Positions 34,731-44,134 of a stretch of DNA of 64,000 nucleotides are shown one piece after another (position 1 is the stretch's first letter; every line of letters starts with the position of its first letter). Location of the stretch: assembly GCA_001303785.1 (NCBI GenBank), contig LJUJ01000004.1:64845-128844 (forward strand). The letters are read 5' to 3'. A program made the translations under genes and the position numbers. Below the pieces are notes generated by a model. That model ran no database searches. It was not told where the DNA came from and saw only the letters and a list, made by a program, of their open reading frames with translations. Source of the DNA: a candidate division WOR_3 bacterium SM23_42. Its GTDB lineage: Bacteria; Hydrothermota; Tepidihabitantia; SM23-42.

Positions 34731-35373
34731 GGATTTCGTTGACTAGTAAGACTGTGATATTTGTCTGCCATGGTCGATATTGGATGATCGTGGTGACCCG
34801 ACAAATCCGACCAGGTGCGTCGCAGTCAATGCATTTACCAGTTGTCGCACACGGTGTTTTGGCACCGACTCGCTTGGCGTTCATGACCGCCGCGATTTCC
34901 TTAGTGCGCAGTATTCCTTCATCAATATCGGTCACTATTTTGTTGTAGCCGGCGATGATTATCACGTTGTTGGGGCCGTAGATCATGTGTGAGACACGGT
35001 TACCGATACCATCGATGTTTATGATATCACCGTCTTTGGTTATAGCGTTGGCACTTGTCAGATAATACTCGGCAATCCCTTCTTCTTTTCTAGTTTCACG
35101 GTTTTTTTGCTTGGCGAGGCCTTCTTTCCAGTGATGTATTACTGTGTTACCCTTTTTTTCGAGTTTTTGTATTAGACCCAATTCGCGAATGGTTACCGAA
35201 CCACCGACACCTACTGCTGTATTAGCAGGTATCATTTCTAGTAGAGCTTTCTTCGCTTCATCAGTTGTTGTGAAAAATGATGCAGCGAAATCTCGGTTCT
35301 TAAGTGCTTTTACCACATCCGATAGCATACTTTCTCGGTACCATTTCTTGTAATCATCGTAATCAGGTTTCAT
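34720..35373 (-). CDS. LUD-domain (LutC/YkgG-like) protein with C-terminal Cys motif
   Basis: 217 aa. LUD/DUF162-like core. C-terminal CATTGKCIDCDAPGRIC. 11-nt overlaps with both neighbours. Confidence 0.6.
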   Translation of the reverse strand: MKPDYDDYKKWYRESMLSDVVKALKNRDFAASFFTTTDEAKKALLEMIPANTAVGVGGSVTIRELGLIQKLEKKGNTVIHHWKEGLAKQKNRETRKEEGIAEYYLTSANAITKDGDIINIDGIGNRVSHMIYGPNNVIIIAGYNKIVTDIDEGILRTKEIAAVMNAKRVGAKTPCATTGKCIDCDAPGRICRVTTIIQYRPWQTNITVLLVNEILGF

Positions 35374-35725
35374 TCTTTGTACTCCTTCTTAGTTCATACC
35401 ATGTTGCGTATGCGCTGCGCATATGTGGTATGGTTATCGAACCGCCAACCATGAGTCCGATGGTTAAAGCCTCGGCGAGTTCCTTGTCACTCACACCATT
35501 TTCATAGCAATTGATCAAATGGTAGTTAATACAATCTTCACAGCGCAGCACGAGCGAAGCAACCAGCCCCATTAATTCCTTAATCTTTGCAGGCAGAGCA
35601 CCGTCTTTGTAGATTTGAGAATCAAGGTGGAATATCCTTTTTGCATTCTCCCCGCAATAGTTCGACATGTTTCTGTTTAGTAATTCACGTTCGTGAACGA
35701 ACTCTTCAACTTTTTTTCTTATCAT
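35363..35725 (-). CDS. carboxymuconolactone decarboxylase family (AhpD-like) protein
   Basis: 120 aa. CEDCINYH (CxxC..H) AhpD-core-like motif. Confidence 0.65.
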   Translation of the reverse strand: MIRKKVEEFVHERELLNRNMSNYCGENAKRIFHLDSQIYKDGALPAKIKELMGLVASLVLRCEDCINYHLINCYENGVSDKELAEALTIGLMVGGSITIPHMRSAYATWYELRRSTKNET

Positions 35726-35854
35726 ACATTGGCCTCCTCATTAGTTGCAGCAGAGTCTATTATAACAGCATTGAATGGCGTGTCAACCGAAACGGCGTAT
35801 TATTAAGAAGGGTAGGTTTTGATAAAGATTCTGTGTCGTTCTGGTCCAGTCAAC

Positions 35855-35886
35855 AAAAAAGGGTCGGCTTCCACCGACCCTTTTTT
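35855..35886 (-). terminator. bidirectional rho-independent terminator after pckG (A6-GGGTCGG-cttcca-CCGACCC-T6)
   Basis: Perfect 7-bp GC-rich stem flanked by an A-run and a T-run, 19 nt downstream of the pckG stop. Confidence 0.7.
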
Positions 35887-35904
35887 ACAGCAGTCTCGTG
35901 ATCT

Positions 35905-37785
35905 TTAGGCGAATTTGTCGGGTGAGATGTAATCGCCGTGTTTCTTCTGGGCCTCTAATAATCTCTTTCGTTGTTCCTCGAGAACGTCGAATAGTATCTT
36001 TGGGGTATCCTTTACCTTAGTCTGATAGACTTCCTTTATCCTGTCAATTTTCGCCAGGCTCTCGGGTACGCGCACCATGAATTGCTTCTTGTAATCTTCT
36101 TCGCTGTAATCCTTATCGAGCACTTCTTTGAACAACTTCTTGAGGTCTTCGTATTTGGGAATGCGTCCGGTTGGCGTATCGATAGCGCCAACATCATTGT
36201 GCGCTCTCAGTTCCATCCACTTGTACCATACTTTCTTATCCGTTTTTTCATTGAGGAAATTACCTTCTTTGTCCTTTAAGAAATAGTTCACCGAAAAGAT
36301 GAGGGGTGTTTTCTCAAGATCTTTTGCAAAATCCAAGTTTTTCTGAATATACTCGCCAACCGGGATCGAGAGAAAATCGAGATTGGACATGAGATTAAAT
36401 TTCCTGACGCCTGCCTTACCAAGCGTCGCCGCGGTTGTTTCCGATTCCAATGAAGCACCCTTGGTGATTATGCCATGAGTCCAGTCAAAGGATTCCTCAA
36501 CCGGCACCCAGGTGTCTGAATCGCGGCCGCCATAAACCATGCCGCCAACAGCTACACCGTCCGGATCATGCAAAGCCTTGTCCAGATTCTCAAGATTCTC
36601 GAGCGATAGGGTGAACCGAGCATTGGGGTGAGATACGGTGATTTCGTTACCCTTCTCATCCTTCTTGCCCTTATGCCACTCGCCTGAATGATTATATCCC
36701 TTTGGTGGTATTTCGCCGTCCTTGCCTATCCAATGAGCACCTCTTTCCTGCGTAACAAGGACATTCGAAACGATCAATTCACCTGGCGTGTGAAGTGCTT
36801 TCCACTGTATAGGGTCATCTTTTGAGTTGATGCCCTGAATAATACCAAACATACCTTTTTCTACGTTGACCGCATGTACTTCGCCTTCTTTTTTCCTCAA
36901 ATATGCAATGTCATCGCCGACAATTGTTTCGTTGTCAAGCATTGCAGTCGATGTTTTGCCGCAGAGTGATGGAAAGGCCCCAGTGAAGTAGGTTACTCTG
37001 TTCTTCGGACCGTGGACACCCATGACCAGCATGTGTTCGGTGAGCCATCCTTCCTTTGACCCGCGATTTATCGCCAGACGCATGGACAGCTTTTTCAACC
37101 CTATCGTATTGCCGCCATATTGCGTGTTGGAGCTGTAGACCGTGTTATTCTGGAGGTCGATGTAGATGCGTCGCTTGTCAAGATTCTTGCTTGTCTTGCG
37201 CTCGTCTAGTTCACCGGCCGAATGAACCATCTTGAAGAATTGTGCCTTTTGTCCCTGACGTATGAATTCCTCATAACCGCGCCGGTAGAGCAGATCTTCG
37301 CTGTGTGCGACATAGGCGGAATCTGTTAGCTGGATAACCGGTATCGAGAAAATTGAGTTTGTTGGTCCGAGGCAGAAGAAGCGTATGTATAATTCTTTGC
37401 CCTTCATGATGTCTTTCATGATCTCATGAATTTCCTTGAGACACTCATCACGGTCTCCGGTTCTTATGGTGGGTCCGAGGTCAACGCCTTTGGGTACCAG
37501 TATCACGGTGTGTTCCTTGTCGCGTGCCTGGTCATGGAAGTTGTCAAAGTGAATTGTGTGCCCTGGAGTCGCGAGTTTTGCCTCTTCGGCGTTTGTGATG
37601 GCTGCATCCCTGATGTACTTGACATCTTCTGGTGTGTCAGCACATACGAAAATCTTGGCCGGATTGCAGTGTTCGACATATTTTGCGATAAATGTATGGA
37701 GATCAGGGTTGTCTATCTTCGCCAGTTTATCGAAGCCTTCTTGCCCTAACCTTTGTTTGAGAAAATCGCTGGCTTTTGCATCCAT
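35905..37785 (-). CDS. pckG: phosphoenolpyruvate carboxykinase (GTP)
   Basis: 626 aa. GTP-PEPCK kinase-1a P-loop FPSLCGKTSTAM, plus OAA- and GTP-binding regions. Confidence 0.9.
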   Translation of the reverse strand: MDAKASDFLKQRLGQEGFDKLAKIDNPDLHTFIAKYVEHCNPAKIFVCADTPEDVKYIRDAAITNAEEAKLATPGHTIHFDNFHDQARDKEHTVILVPKGVDLGPTIRTGDRDECLKEIHEIMKDIMKGKELYIRFFCLGPTNSIFSIPVIQLTDSAYVAHSEDLLYRRGYEEFIRQGQKAQFFKMVHSAGELDERKTSKNLDKRRIYIDLQNNTVYSSNTQYGGNTIGLKKLSMRLAINRGSKEGWLTEHMLVMGVHGPKNRVTYFTGAFPSLCGKTSTAMLDNETIVGDDIAYLRKKEGEVHAVNVEKGMFGIIQGINSKDDPIQWKALHTPGELIVSNVLVTQERGAHWIGKDGEIPPKGYNHSGEWHKGKKDEKGNEITVSHPNARFTLSLENLENLDKALHDPDGVAVGGMVYGGRDSDTWVPVEESFDWTHGIITKGASLESETTAATLGKAGVRKFNLMSNLDFLSIPVGEYIQKNLDFAKDLEKTPLIFSVNYFLKDKEGNFLNEKTDKKVWYKWMELRAHNDVGAIDTPTGRIPKYEDLKKLFKEVLDKDYSEEDYKKQFMVRVPESLAKIDRIKEVYQTKVKDTPKILFDVLEEQRKRLLEAQKKHGDYISPDKFA

Positions 37786-37985
37786 CTTGATATCCTCCTT
37801 CAGAATTTAGTGTAGTTTTTCATAAAATTTCAATTAACTGCCGTTTGAATCAATGGTAATAAAGCGAATTTCTAGTATGGCAATTATATATATTTTTGGA
37901 TTTATTGCAAGAGGATAATGTGGCGTAAGTTATAGAAAATTCCCGGCACAAACATCGTCAAGAGACTAACGATCCTTGGTTTCAA

Positions 37986-38216
37986 CTATTTGTTGTTTTT
38001 TGTGCCTGTATAGAAGAACGAGGCTCGGCGCATCTTGATCCATTTTTCCTCATCGATACCGACAAGATTACCGCATTTGCACATCACCTTGTTGCCCTCG
38101 CGGAGGCTGTAATCTCTTTTTATTCGGTTCTTCCAGCAGTGGAGTACTCGCCCCTTGCCGAGCTTAAGATACCGAAGTACCTTACGCTGGCACTTGGCGC
38201 ACTTTATCGTGAGCAC
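37986..38216 (-). CDS. small zinc-ribbon-like hypothetical protein
   Basis: 76 aa. CAKC...CKCG Cys pairs. Basic. No family recognised. Confidence 0.35.
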   Translation of the reverse strand: MLTIKCAKCQRKVLRYLKLGKGRVLHCWKNRIKRDYSLREGNKVMCKCGNLVGIDEEKWIKMRRASFFYTGTKNNK

Positions 38217-38252
38217 ACTTATCTAAGGAATCGCGATTCTTGCCCGTAATTG

Positions 38253-39383
38253 CTATTGAATCAGAATTATCTTCTTGATTGGCTCGGCCGAGGATTGGGA
38301 TCGTAGGAAATAAACGCCAGATCCTAGGTCACCCAAGTTGACGCTTTCCGTTTTCTTGTTCAACAATAATGTTTTTACGCAACGGCCAGTGGCGTCGTAT
38401 ATTCGAAACTCTGTGGGCGATTTCTCGATGGTTATTCTTATGACATCCCTAATGGGATTGGGTTGGATGCTTATTGTCGATGGGGATGTTATATAGAACT
38501 CGCTCAGGCCCGTATATTGACCAACATAGATGGTACCGACTGCACCGGAGTCACCATTAGTTCCCATAGAAGTGTCGGCGATGCCGCCTAGTCCTTTCTG
38601 CGTTGAGAGAACAAGGCCTGTAGTATCGAGTAGCGAGGCATAGAGGATCTTGATACGGCCGCCGCCGGCACCACCACCACCACCAAAGCCCATCGTGTTT
38701 CCACCGTTCGCGCCATTTGCGCTCATTGAACAATCAAGGATGTCAACCGTATCTGCCCATATCAATATGCCACCGCCGGCACCACCACCACCTGCCTCAA
38801 CTGAGCCATCATAGCCAACCTGCCCATCTACCGTGATACCAGAGGAATCTAGTTCAACGAGAGCACCGCGCAATGAGACTGCGGAGCCACCGTTGCCCCC
38901 TGCGCCGTCGACTGCGCTCAATCGCCCTGCGCCGCCGCCCGAGCCCATCTCGATGATTGTGTCCGAAGGATCACCATACGCAGTTCCGCCGTAGCCACCA
39001 TAATAATCTCCGCCATCGCCACCATTACCTCCGTAAGCGCCGCCACCCCCGCCTCCGCCGCTGACTCCTCCGGCACCGCCGCCGCCGGGTCCATATCCCC
39101 AGGGATGGCTGTTCATATAGGCACCCCTGTATCCTCGCTCAGAACCATTTACGGATGAGGAATCAGTGATGACGATTAACGGTGCATGCAGTACGAGCCA
39201 ACCGGTTGAATCAGGGGCTCCGGTTTCCGCGCGCACGAAGAGTGCTCCATGGTTTTTCAGATGCACCTTACACAGATATTGATGATTGCCGCATATTGTG
39301 AGCGTGTCATTTTCAACAAGCAGGCTATCGCTGTCTTCATATATATAGCCCAGAATTATTGTGATGCACAAGAACAGTGTCAT
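38253..39383 (-). CDS. glycine-rich secreted protein with T9SS C-terminal sorting domain
   Basis: Long GGxGG low-complexity core. C-terminal ~80 aa (RIYDATGRCVKTLLLNKKTESVNLGDLGSGVYFLRSQSSAEPIKKIILIQ) is a typical Por/T9SS CTD. The track start at 39428 is a TTG; the start at 39383 (MTLFLCITIILG) is preferred. Confidence 0.6.
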   Translation of the reverse strand: MTLFLCITIILGYIYEDSDSLLVENDTLTICGNHQYLCKVHLKNHGALFVRAETGAPDSTGWLVLHAPLIVITDSSSVNGSERGYRGAYMNSHPWGYGPGGGGAGGVSGGGGGGGAYGGNGGDGGDYYGGYGGTAYGDPSDTIIEMGSGGGAGRLSAVDGAGGNGGSAVSLRGALVELDSSGITVDGQVGYDGSVEAGGGGAGGGILIWADTVDILDCSMSANGANGGNTMGFGGGGGAGGGRIKILYASLLDTTGLVLSTQKGLGGIADTSMGTNGDSGAVGTIYVGQYTGLSEFYITSPSTISIQPNPIRDVIRITIEKSPTEFRIYDATGRCVKTLLLNKKTESVNLGDLGSGVYFLRSQSSAEPIKKIILIQ

Positions 39384-39471
39384 TTTGCCCTCGCAATCAT
39401 ATTTTACCGCTGCGCCTCGTTTTGTCAATACCCTATGTTGACAATAATAGGTAATTAATTATAATTTGTGC

Positions 39472-40485
39472 ATGCTTAAAGAGCTCAGTGAATTGACAGG
39501 CGTGAGCGGCGATGAAGGTAATGTTAGGGCATTCATAAGAGGCAAGATAGAGAAGCACGTCGATGAAATAGTCGAGGACCCTTATGGCAATCTAATCGCG
39601 CGCAAGGGCAGGAAACACAAACCGAGAATAATGCTCGCCGCGCACATGGATGAAGTCGGCCTGATGATAACTGGCATTGATAAGGATGGGCTTCTCAAGT
39701 TTCATGCACACGGTATCATGGCCGGCGTCCTACTTGCCAAGAGAGTCTTAATAGGCAAGGATCGCATATGTGGCGTGATTGGAAACAAACCAGTGCATCT
39801 AGTGAAGAAAGAAGAGATGCAGAGACTACCTGATGCGCGAAGTCTTTTCATTGATATCGGTGCTTCTTCGAAGGATGCGGCGAGTAAACTTGTTCAGATT
39901 GGCGACCATGCAACGTTTGACACAGAATTTTCAGAGAATGGAGATATCATACTGGGTAAGGCATTTGATAACCGCATCGGTTGTTACATATTGCTCCAGT
40001 TGATTCTCAAATCCGATCTGCCATTGTATTACGCGTTCACGGTACAGGAAGAGGTTGGTCTGAGAGGCGCCAAGATTGCGGCCTATCGGGTAAAACCTGA
40101 CATAGCATTTGCCGTTGATACAACCTCTTCGGGCGAGTGGCCGGGAGAAGACGACACGCCACAGTATCCAGTAATTGGCAAGGGGCCAACCATAACCATT
40201 GCCGACCGTTCGGTGATTTGTGACGCGGCGCTAGTTAGCTTACTGAGGGAAACGGCTGAACAGCAGAATATTCCTTACCAGATCAAGAAGCCAATGGTGG
40301 GTGGTACTGATGCCGGCACCATGCATCTGTCCCATGAGGGCGTGAGGACGGCGGTAATAGCCGTGCCGGCGCGCTATATCCATTCACCCCTTTCATTTGC
40401 TTCGAAAAAGGACATCGCCGCGGCAGGTAAATTGATCGACTCTTGCATTCAAAAAATCATTAGAAAGGAAAAAACATGGGTTTGA
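39472..40485 (+). CDS. M42 family metallo-aminopeptidase (FrvX/glutamyl aminopeptidase-like)
   Basis: HMDEVG, FTVQEEVGLRGA, GGTDAG motifs. The track start at 39466 is a TTG. Confidence 0.85.
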   Translation: MLKELSELTGVSGDEGNVRAFIRGKIEKHVDEIVEDPYGNLIARKGRKHKPRIMLAAHMDEVGLMITGIDKDGLLKFHAHGIMAGVLLAKRVLIGKDRICGVIGNKPVHLVKKEEMQRLPDARSLFIDIGASSKDAASKLVQIGDHATFDTEFSENGDIILGKAFDNRIGCYILLQLILKSDLPLYYAFTVQEEVGLRGAKIAAYRVKPDIAFAVDTTSSGEWPGEDDTPQYPVIGKGPTITIADRSVICDAALVSLLRETAEQQNIPYQIKKPMVGGTDAGTMHLSHEGVRTAVIAVPARYIHSPLSFASKKDIAAAGKLIDSCIQKIIRKEKTWV

Positions 40486-41486
40486 TTGAAGAACTCTGTG
40501 ATGCCTATGGTCCAGCTGGGCGCGAGCACCGTGTACGCAAGCTGATTGAAAAGGAGATAAAAAAATATTGTCTGAAAATCCATACGGACCGGCTCGGCAA
40601 CCTGATTGCGTACCGTCCTGGGCAGGCTGCCAGTAAAGGCGATAAGATAATGCTCTGCGCACACATGGACGAAATAGGTTTAATCGTTACCTATATTGAC
40701 AAAAATGGATTTTTGAGATTCACAAACGTGGGTGGTATTTTCCCGACGCGGATTCTTCATCAAAGAGTTGTTTTTGAAAACGGAACCGTCGGCGTAATCG
40801 GTATTGAGCCTGACAAGGATCAAGCAAAACTGAAAGGAAAACCTAAACTGGATAAGATGTATATTGACATCGGGGTCTCTGACAGAAAGAGTGCTGAGAA
40901 ATTGGTCCAGATCGGAGACATTGCATCCTTTCAGCAGCGTGCTACCCATATCAGTAGTACCCGGATATCCGCAAAAGCACTCGACGACCGAATTGGCTGC
41001 TATTGCTTGATCGAAGTCGCCAAGCGGGTAAAAAACATGAAAGATGATATCTACTTCGTATTCTCGGTGCAGGAAGAGGTGGGCTTGCGCGGTGCGCGTA
41101 CCGGTGCTTTCGGTATTGCGCCGAAATTCGCCCTCGCCGTCGACGTGACGGACACCGGTGATACGCCTGAGGCACACAAGATGCAGGTTGCACTAGGCAA
41201 GGGGGTGGCGATAAAAGTGAAGGACAGTTGGTTTATCGCCAACCCTAAGGTAAAAGACAAACTAGTAAATCACGCCCGAGCCTTGGGTGTGTCGTATCAG
41301 TTGGAAATCTTGGAAATGGGCACTACCGACGCGGCAGTTATTCAGCTGGTAAAGGAAGGTGTGATGAGTGGCGTTTTATCAATACCCACTAGATATATCC
41401 ACTCCACCAACGAGGTGTGTGATTTGAATGATGTTGAGGTCACGATAAAACTCCTGATGCGTGTCTGTGAAAAAGGATTGAGTTGA
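40476..41486 (+). CDS. M42 family metallo-aminopeptidase, tandem paralog
   Basis: HMDEIG, FSVQEEVGLRGA, MGTTDAA motifs. Confidence 0.85.
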   Translation: MGLIEELCDAYGPAGREHRVRKLIEKEIKKYCLKIHTDRLGNLIAYRPGQAASKGDKIMLCAHMDEIGLIVTYIDKNGFLRFTNVGGIFPTRILHQRVVFENGTVGVIGIEPDKDQAKLKGKPKLDKMYIDIGVSDRKSAEKLVQIGDIASFQQRATHISSTRISAKALDDRIGCYCLIEVAKRVKNMKDDIYFVFSVQEEVGLRGARTGAFGIAPKFALAVDVTDTGDTPEAHKMQVALGKGVAIKVKDSWFIANPKVKDKLVNHARALGVSYQLEILEMGTTDAAVIQLVKEGVMSGVLSIPTRYIHSTNEVCDLNDVEVTIKLLMRVCEKGLS

Positions 41487-41490
41487 GGTC

Positions 41491-42243
41491 ATGAAAAAAG
41501 GTTACTCGATTCTGATCACACCTGACGATTCGACCAACTCGAGACACTATTTCTTTGGGAAAAAGAGCATTTTTCTCCTTTCCGTGATAATCATTTCAGT
41601 AGTGGTTATTGCGATTATCGCAGCTTTTAGCTACACGAGCGTTTACGTGAAGGCGATGGAGGTGGAAGTGCTGAGAAGGCGTAATGCTCAACTTGAGAAG
41701 GAGTTTGCCAAGGTTGAAGAGATTCGCGAGGCGCTGCAAATTGCCGAGGCGAACAATAGAAAGATAAAGGTCATGTTGGGTATTGAGAAAACGCCTGAGC
41801 CTGTCGAGCCCAGTATAACCGAGATAAGTCCAAACTATTCGGAGATTCAAGTGCTCACGGGATTGCAGGAGAACATTCCATCACTGCTGCCCACCATGGG
41901 GCAAGTATCCAGAGATTTCGGTCCAGGACATTACGGTATCGATATTGCTGCGCCACAATTCTCCCCAGTCATCGCCGCTGCCTCGGGTATCGTCAACGGT
42001 ACTGGTTGGGATTCGTTGTACGGAAATTATGTTGTGGTTGAGCACAACCAGAACTACTCAACATTCTATGGACACTTGAATTCGATTGCGGTACTCGATG
42101 GTGGTAGAGTGAATGGCGGACAGGTCATTGGTACCGTTGGTTCCACTGGGAAATCCACCTCGCCGCATCTCCATTATGAGGTGCGATTCCGCAATGAACC
42201 AGTGGACCCGGTGGGTTATCTCCCATTTTTTGTGAAGCTATAA
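41491..42243 (+). CDS. M23 family peptidoglycan DD-metalloendopeptidase
   Basis: N-terminal TM and coiled coil. C-terminal LytM domain HYGIDIAAP...HLHYEV (HxxxD...HxH). Confidence 0.85.
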   Translation: MKKGYSILITPDDSTNSRHYFFGKKSIFLLSVIIISVVVIAIIAAFSYTSVYVKAMEVEVLRRRNAQLEKEFAKVEEIREALQIAEANNRKIKVMLGIEKTPEPVEPSITEISPNYSEIQVLTGLQENIPSLLPTMGQVSRDFGPGHYGIDIAAPQFSPVIAAASGIVNGTGWDSLYGNYVVVEHNQNYSTFYGHLNSIAVLDGGRVNGGQVIGTVGSTGKSTSPHLHYEVRFRNEPVDPVGYLPFFVKL

Positions 42244-42252
42244 GGAGCGTTT

Positions 42253-43209
42253 ATGAGGATACTGATTACTGGCATATCTGGTTTCGCTGGAAGCCATCTT
42301 GCAGACTACTTTTTGAACGAGGAAAAACACGAAGTCTTTGGCACGATAAAATGGCGGTCCAATCGGGAAAACATCTGTCACATCGAACATAGGCTTGAAC
42401 TTCTTGAATGTGATATCAAAGACGCATTTGCCATGAAAACCACTCTTGCGGAGTCCAAACCTGATCAAATCTTTCATCTTGCGGCACAGAGCTATGTCCC
42501 ATTTTCTTGGCGTACACCCCAGGAAACAATACAGACCAATATCATCGGCGAAGTGAATCTTTTTGAAGCAGTACGTGAGTTGAAGTTGGATCCAATGATA
42601 CACATTGCTGGTTCTAGTGAAGAGTATGGTTTGGTAAATCCTGATGAGTTGCCCATAACCGAAGGCAATCCGTTACGTCCCTTGAGTCCCTACGCTGTGA
42701 GTAAGGTCGCCCAGGATTTGCTTGGCTATCAGTATTTCAAGAGCTATGGCCTAAAAATTGTGCGGACTAGAGCGTTCAATCATACCGGACCGAGGCGGGG
42801 TGAGGTCTTTGTGACATCCAACTTTGCAAAACAGTTGATTGAGATCGAGCTTGGCAAGAGAAAACCGGTTCTGTACGTGGGGAACTTGGAGGCGGTGCGT
42901 GATTTCTCAGATGTCAGGGATGTTGTACGCGGCTACGCGCTCGCGCTCCAAAAGGGCACACCTGGTGAGGTGTACAATATCGCATCTGGTAAAGGAATTA
43001 CGATCAAGGGTCTGCTCGACAAACTGATCGAACTCACCAAGGCGGATGTGAAAATCGAGAAAGACCCGGCGCGGCTACGTCCTTCAGATGTTGAATTGCT
43101 AACTGGTTCCCCAGAGAAATTCCAGAAGGCGACGGGCTGGAACCAAGAAATTCCTTTTGACCAGACCCTGAAAGATTTGATGGATTTTTGGCGTGGCATC
43201 ATAAAATGA
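42253..43209 (+). CDS. NAD-dependent epimerase/dehydratase of the GDP-mannose 4,6-dehydratase / GDP-6-deoxy-mannose reductase family
   Basis: ILITGISGFAGSHL, YxxxK (YAVSKVAQD), extended SDR fold. Confidence 0.8.
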   Translation: MRILITGISGFAGSHLADYFLNEEKHEVFGTIKWRSNRENICHIEHRLELLECDIKDAFAMKTTLAESKPDQIFHLAAQSYVPFSWRTPQETIQTNIIGEVNLFEAVRELKLDPMIHIAGSSEEYGLVNPDELPITEGNPLRPLSPYAVSKVAQDLLGYQYFKSYGLKIVRTRAFNHTGPRRGEVFVTSNFAKQLIEIELGKRKPVLYVGNLEAVRDFSDVRDVVRGYALALQKGTPGEVYNIASGKGITIKGLLDKLIELTKADVKIEKDPARLRPSDVELLTGSPEKFQKATGWNQEIPFDQTLKDLMDFWRGIIK

Positions 43210-44123
43210 AGACGATTCTTGTGACTGGCAGTGAGGGCTTTGTCGGTTCTCATTTGATTAAGGCTCTTGATGAATCGTCTTACAATGTTGTAGCTACCTG
43301 CCTGCCCCAGCTGATACCGAAAAAGGGCCATTATGTTCCCGTGGATATACTAAACCTAGACCTGACCATTGACGTTTTTAAGCAACACGAGCCAGATGTC
43401 ATCTTCCATCTTGCGGCATTGAGTTCTGTGGCGAAGTCTTTCCGCGACCGACCCGTGGCGTACAGCACAAATATCACTGGCACCGCAAACGTGTTGGCTG
43501 CGGCTAACTCCCTGAGCAAGAAGGTAGTATTCTACTTCGTTTCGACGTGCGAGGTCTATGGAGGCGGTGAGAATCTATCTGAAGATTCTCCCGTGGTACT
43601 TAAGAATCCATACGCGATAAGTAAATACGCGGCTGAATTGGTCTGCGCTGACTACCAGAGCGCCGGGCTAGATTGTGTCGTTCTTAGACCCTTCACGCAC
43701 ACCGGCCCCGGTCAAGCCGAAACATTTGTGCTGCCAACGATTGCGAAGCAGGTCAGTGAGATTGAGAAAGGCAAGCGAGCACCCTTGATCGAGTTGGGTA
43801 ACATCGAGGTGAAGAGGGAGTTTTTAAACATTGGGGACATCGTATCGGCCTATGCACTAGCCCTTCAGAAGTGTGTTCCGGGCGAGACCTACAACATCTC
43901 AGTTGGTATGGGCTACACAATATCGGAGATGGTCGATATCTTTGCGAAGCTTTCAAAGAAGGGATTCGATCTGAGAATCAACCCTAAGAAGATCAGAAAA
44001 GTTGATATCCCTGTGTTGTTGGGTGATGGCAGTAAATTCAGCAAGCTCACTGGGTGGTCGCCCAAAGTTAACATTGAGAAGACCGTCGAGGACCTTCTCA
44101 ATTATTGGCGGGCAAAAGTATAG
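43206..44123 (+). CDS. NAD-dependent epimerase/dehydratase (second extended-SDR paralog)
   Basis: ILVTGSEGFVGSHL, YAISKYAAE. ATGA overlap with the upstream paralog. Confidence 0.8.
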   Translation: MKTILVTGSEGFVGSHLIKALDESSYNVVATCLPQLIPKKGHYVPVDILNLDLTIDVFKQHEPDVIFHLAALSSVAKSFRDRPVAYSTNITGTANVLAAANSLSKKVVFYFVSTCEVYGGGENLSEDSPVVLKNPYAISKYAAELVCADYQSAGLDCVVLRPFTHTGPGQAETFVLPTIAKQVSEIEKGKRAPLIELGNIEVKREFLNIGDIVSAYALALQKCVPGETYNISVGMGYTISEMVDIFAKLSKKGFDLRINPKKIRKVDIPVLLGDGSKFSKLTGWSPKVNIEKTVEDLLNYWRAKV

Positions 44124-44134
44124 TAAATTTCCCT

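Noticed and set aside
38253-39383. Glycine-rich protein as a collagen-like or PE-PGRS-like protein
   Set aside because: No Gly-X-Y triplet periodicity. Composition is GGxGG-type, with an N-terminal signal and a T9SS CTD. Best left as a T9SS-secreted low-complexity surface protein.
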